Source of the DNA: Spirochaetota bacterium
Lineage (GTDB): Bacteria; Spirochaetota; UBA4802; JAGODF01
Length of the DNA: 43,723 bases
Direction of reading: 5' to 3'
Assembly: GCA_017998375.1 (NCBI GenBank)
Contig: JAGODF010000002.1
Location: 1-43,723, forward strand
The position numbers were made by a program, and so were the translations under genes. Position 1 is the stretch's first letter; the number at the start of each line of letters is the position of its first letter. The notes under the pieces were generated by a model. That model had not been told where the DNA came from. It did not search any database and saw nothing but the letters and a program-made list of their open reading frames with translations. This document shows positions 42,629 to 43,723 of this stretch, in pieces.

Positions 42629-43723
42629 TACGCGTGCACCTCCAGCTGTTCCTCCTCGCGTATCGCGCGGAGCTTCCTGTCGATCTGCTCGATCATGATC
42701 TCCTGGAGCGCGCGCTTGTACTCGAACGGCATCACCTTCACGAATTTCGGCAGGTACTCGTACCACCTGCCGAGGATCTCCTGCGCCACTGCGCTCCCGG
42801 TGTACCGGTAGTGCTTCCTCAGCAGCTCGATGATGAAGTCCTGATCGTCGAAGTCGCGCACCGGGGCAAGTTCCACCATCCCCTTGTTGCAGTAGTAATC
42901 GAAATCGCCGTCGCGGTCCAGGACGTACGCGATGCCGCCGCTCATACCCGCGGCGAAGTTGCGGCCCACTTTCCCGAGCACCATTATCCGCCCCCCGGTC
43001 ATGTACTCCGCGCAGTGATCGCCGGTCCCCTCCACCACGGCGATCGCGCCGCTGTTCCGCACGCAGAAACGTTCGCCCGCGAGACCGCGCACATAGGCCT
43101 CGCCTCCCGTGGCGCCGTAGAGCACCGTGTTCCCGATAATGATGCTCTCCTCGGCGGCAAATTCCGATCCCTCCGGAGGCACCGCTATCAACCTCCCCCC
43201 GGAAAGCCCCTTGCCGAAGTAGTCGTTCGCGTCACCCTCGAGCCGGAAGGTAATGCCCTTCGCGAGGAACGCGCCGAAGCTCTGGCCCGCGCTCCCGCGG
43301 AAGGTGCAGTTGATGCTGTCGTCGGGCAGTCCCTCGTCTCCGTACCTGCGCGACACCATGCAGGAGAGCATCGCCCCGGTCGTCCTGTCGGTGTTCCTGA
43401 TGGGCATCTCGACATAGAGGCGCGTGTCGCTCTTCCAGTCGATGATCGGTTTCGCCTTGCCGATGATGGTGCGGTCGCAGACCTTGTCTATTTTGTGAAC
43501 CTGGCTCTGCACGCAGTAGCTGTCATTGTGATCGGCTTCTTTCGGGCGATGGAGAAGCGCCGAGAGGTCGACGTTCCCCGCCTTCCAGTTATCCACTTTT
43601 CTCTGTACAAGAAGGTCCGTCCTGCCGATGAGCTCGTTGAATGTCCTCACGCCGAGCCCCGCCATGATCTCGCGCGCCTCCATGGCGATGAACCTGAAAA
43701 AGTTCACGAGGTGCTCCGATTTC
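42628..43723 (-). CDS. gltB: glutamate synthase large subunit, C-terminal part (N-terminus beyond window)
   Basis: C-terminal GXGXG beta-helix domain (GSAGQSFGAFLAKGITFRLEGDANDYFGKGLSGGRL, GTGDHCAEYMTGG). The frame stays open to the window edge. Confidence 0.9.
   Translation of the reverse strand, partial: KSEHLVNFFRFIAMEAREIMAGLGVRTFNELIGRTDLLVQRKVDNWKAGNVDLSALLHRPKEADHNDSYCVQSQVHKIDKVCDRTIIGKAKPIIDWKSDTRLYVEMPIRNTDRTTGAMLSCMVSRRYGDEGLPDDSINCTFRGSAGQSFGAFLAKGITFRLEGDANDYFGKGLSGGRLIAVPPEGSEFAAEESIIIGNTVLYGATGGEAYVRGLAGERFCVRNSGAIAVVEGTGDHCAEYMTGGRIMVLGKVGRNFAAGMSGGIAYVLDRDGDFDYYCNKGMVELAPVRDFDDQDFIIELLRKHYRYTGSAVAQEILGRWYEYLPKFVKVMPFEYKRALQEIMIEQIDRKLRAIREEEQLEVHA

Noticed and set aside
41360-42811. 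483-aa plus-strand ORF antisense to gltD/gltB.
   Set aside because: Antisense to genes with textbook Fe-S and FAD motifs, with no independent support.
1-43723. A search by eye for CRISPR arrays, tRNA/rRNA/tmRNA genes, transposases, integrases, phage genes, toxin-antitoxin pairs or known defence-system gene sets.
   Set aside because: None found. There are no regularly spaced direct repeats and no tRNA-like T-arm/acceptor patterns in the spacers. Every sizeable ORF is accounted for by housekeeping, envelope or regulatory functions. A tool-based scan (tRNAscan-SE, Infernal, DefenseFinder) would be needed to be certain.

Overview
43.7-kb chromosomal window from an unidentified high-GC bacterium (about 60% GC, judged by eye). 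I call 41 protein-coding genes, two of them cut by the window edges. I found no rRNA or tRNA genes, no CRISPR array and no transposase, integrase or phage genes, so this looks like compact core genome rather than an accessory island.

Layout:
(i) 1-12.8 kb: aconitase-family gene, HNH nuclease, FGE/SUMF1 and LEA_2-type lipoproteins. Then an envelope cluster: secreted helical protein, Slt-type lytic transglycosylase, FecR-domain protein, HEAT-repeat lipoprotein, and a second helical paralogue on the opposite strand. Then larE-like, surE and a TPR gene.
(ii) 12.8-19.3 kb, minus strand: a tightly coupled six-gene unit, cimA - murI - surA-like - radical SAM/SPASM - spsF-like - pseG/spsG-like.
(iii) 19.6-32.2 kb, minus strand: the classical rimP-nusA-infB-rbfA-truB-rpsO-pnp array, extended by M16 peptidase - bactofilin - LysM/M23 peptidase, then a FecR-domain gene.
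(iv) 32.6-36.7 kb, plus strand: tandem-RAM-domain protein, PaaI thioesterase, lipoprotein, dapA, dapB, CBS-PAS-Fis-HTH regulator.
(v) rho (long leader, N-terminal extension) and rpmE.
(vi) An isolated RpoS/RpoD-like sigma gene behind a 400-bp AT-rich region.
(vii) An orphan 2-hydroxyacyl-CoA-dehydratase-family gene converging on gltD-gltB.

Most noteworthy:
- A consensus-quality sigma54 promoter directly upstream of the sigma70-family gene (Borrelia-like RpoN->RpoS wiring).
- An apparently uncharacterised radical SAM/SPASM enzyme fused to a degenerate cytidylyltransferase domain, inside a three-gene nucleotide-sugar-type module.
- An intrinsic terminator inside the rimP-nusA-infB leader (attenuator candidate).
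- A tandemly duplicated two-hairpin module in the truB-rpsO spacer.

Several traits are reminiscent of spirochaetes: the spiro-SPASM-like enzyme, citramalate synthase, many FecR/LEA-type lipoproteins and the sigma54->sigma wiring. Taxonomy cannot be settled from this window alone. All functional calls rest on motif recognition by eye, not on database searches. The many long ORFs antisense to real genes are treated as high-GC artefacts.
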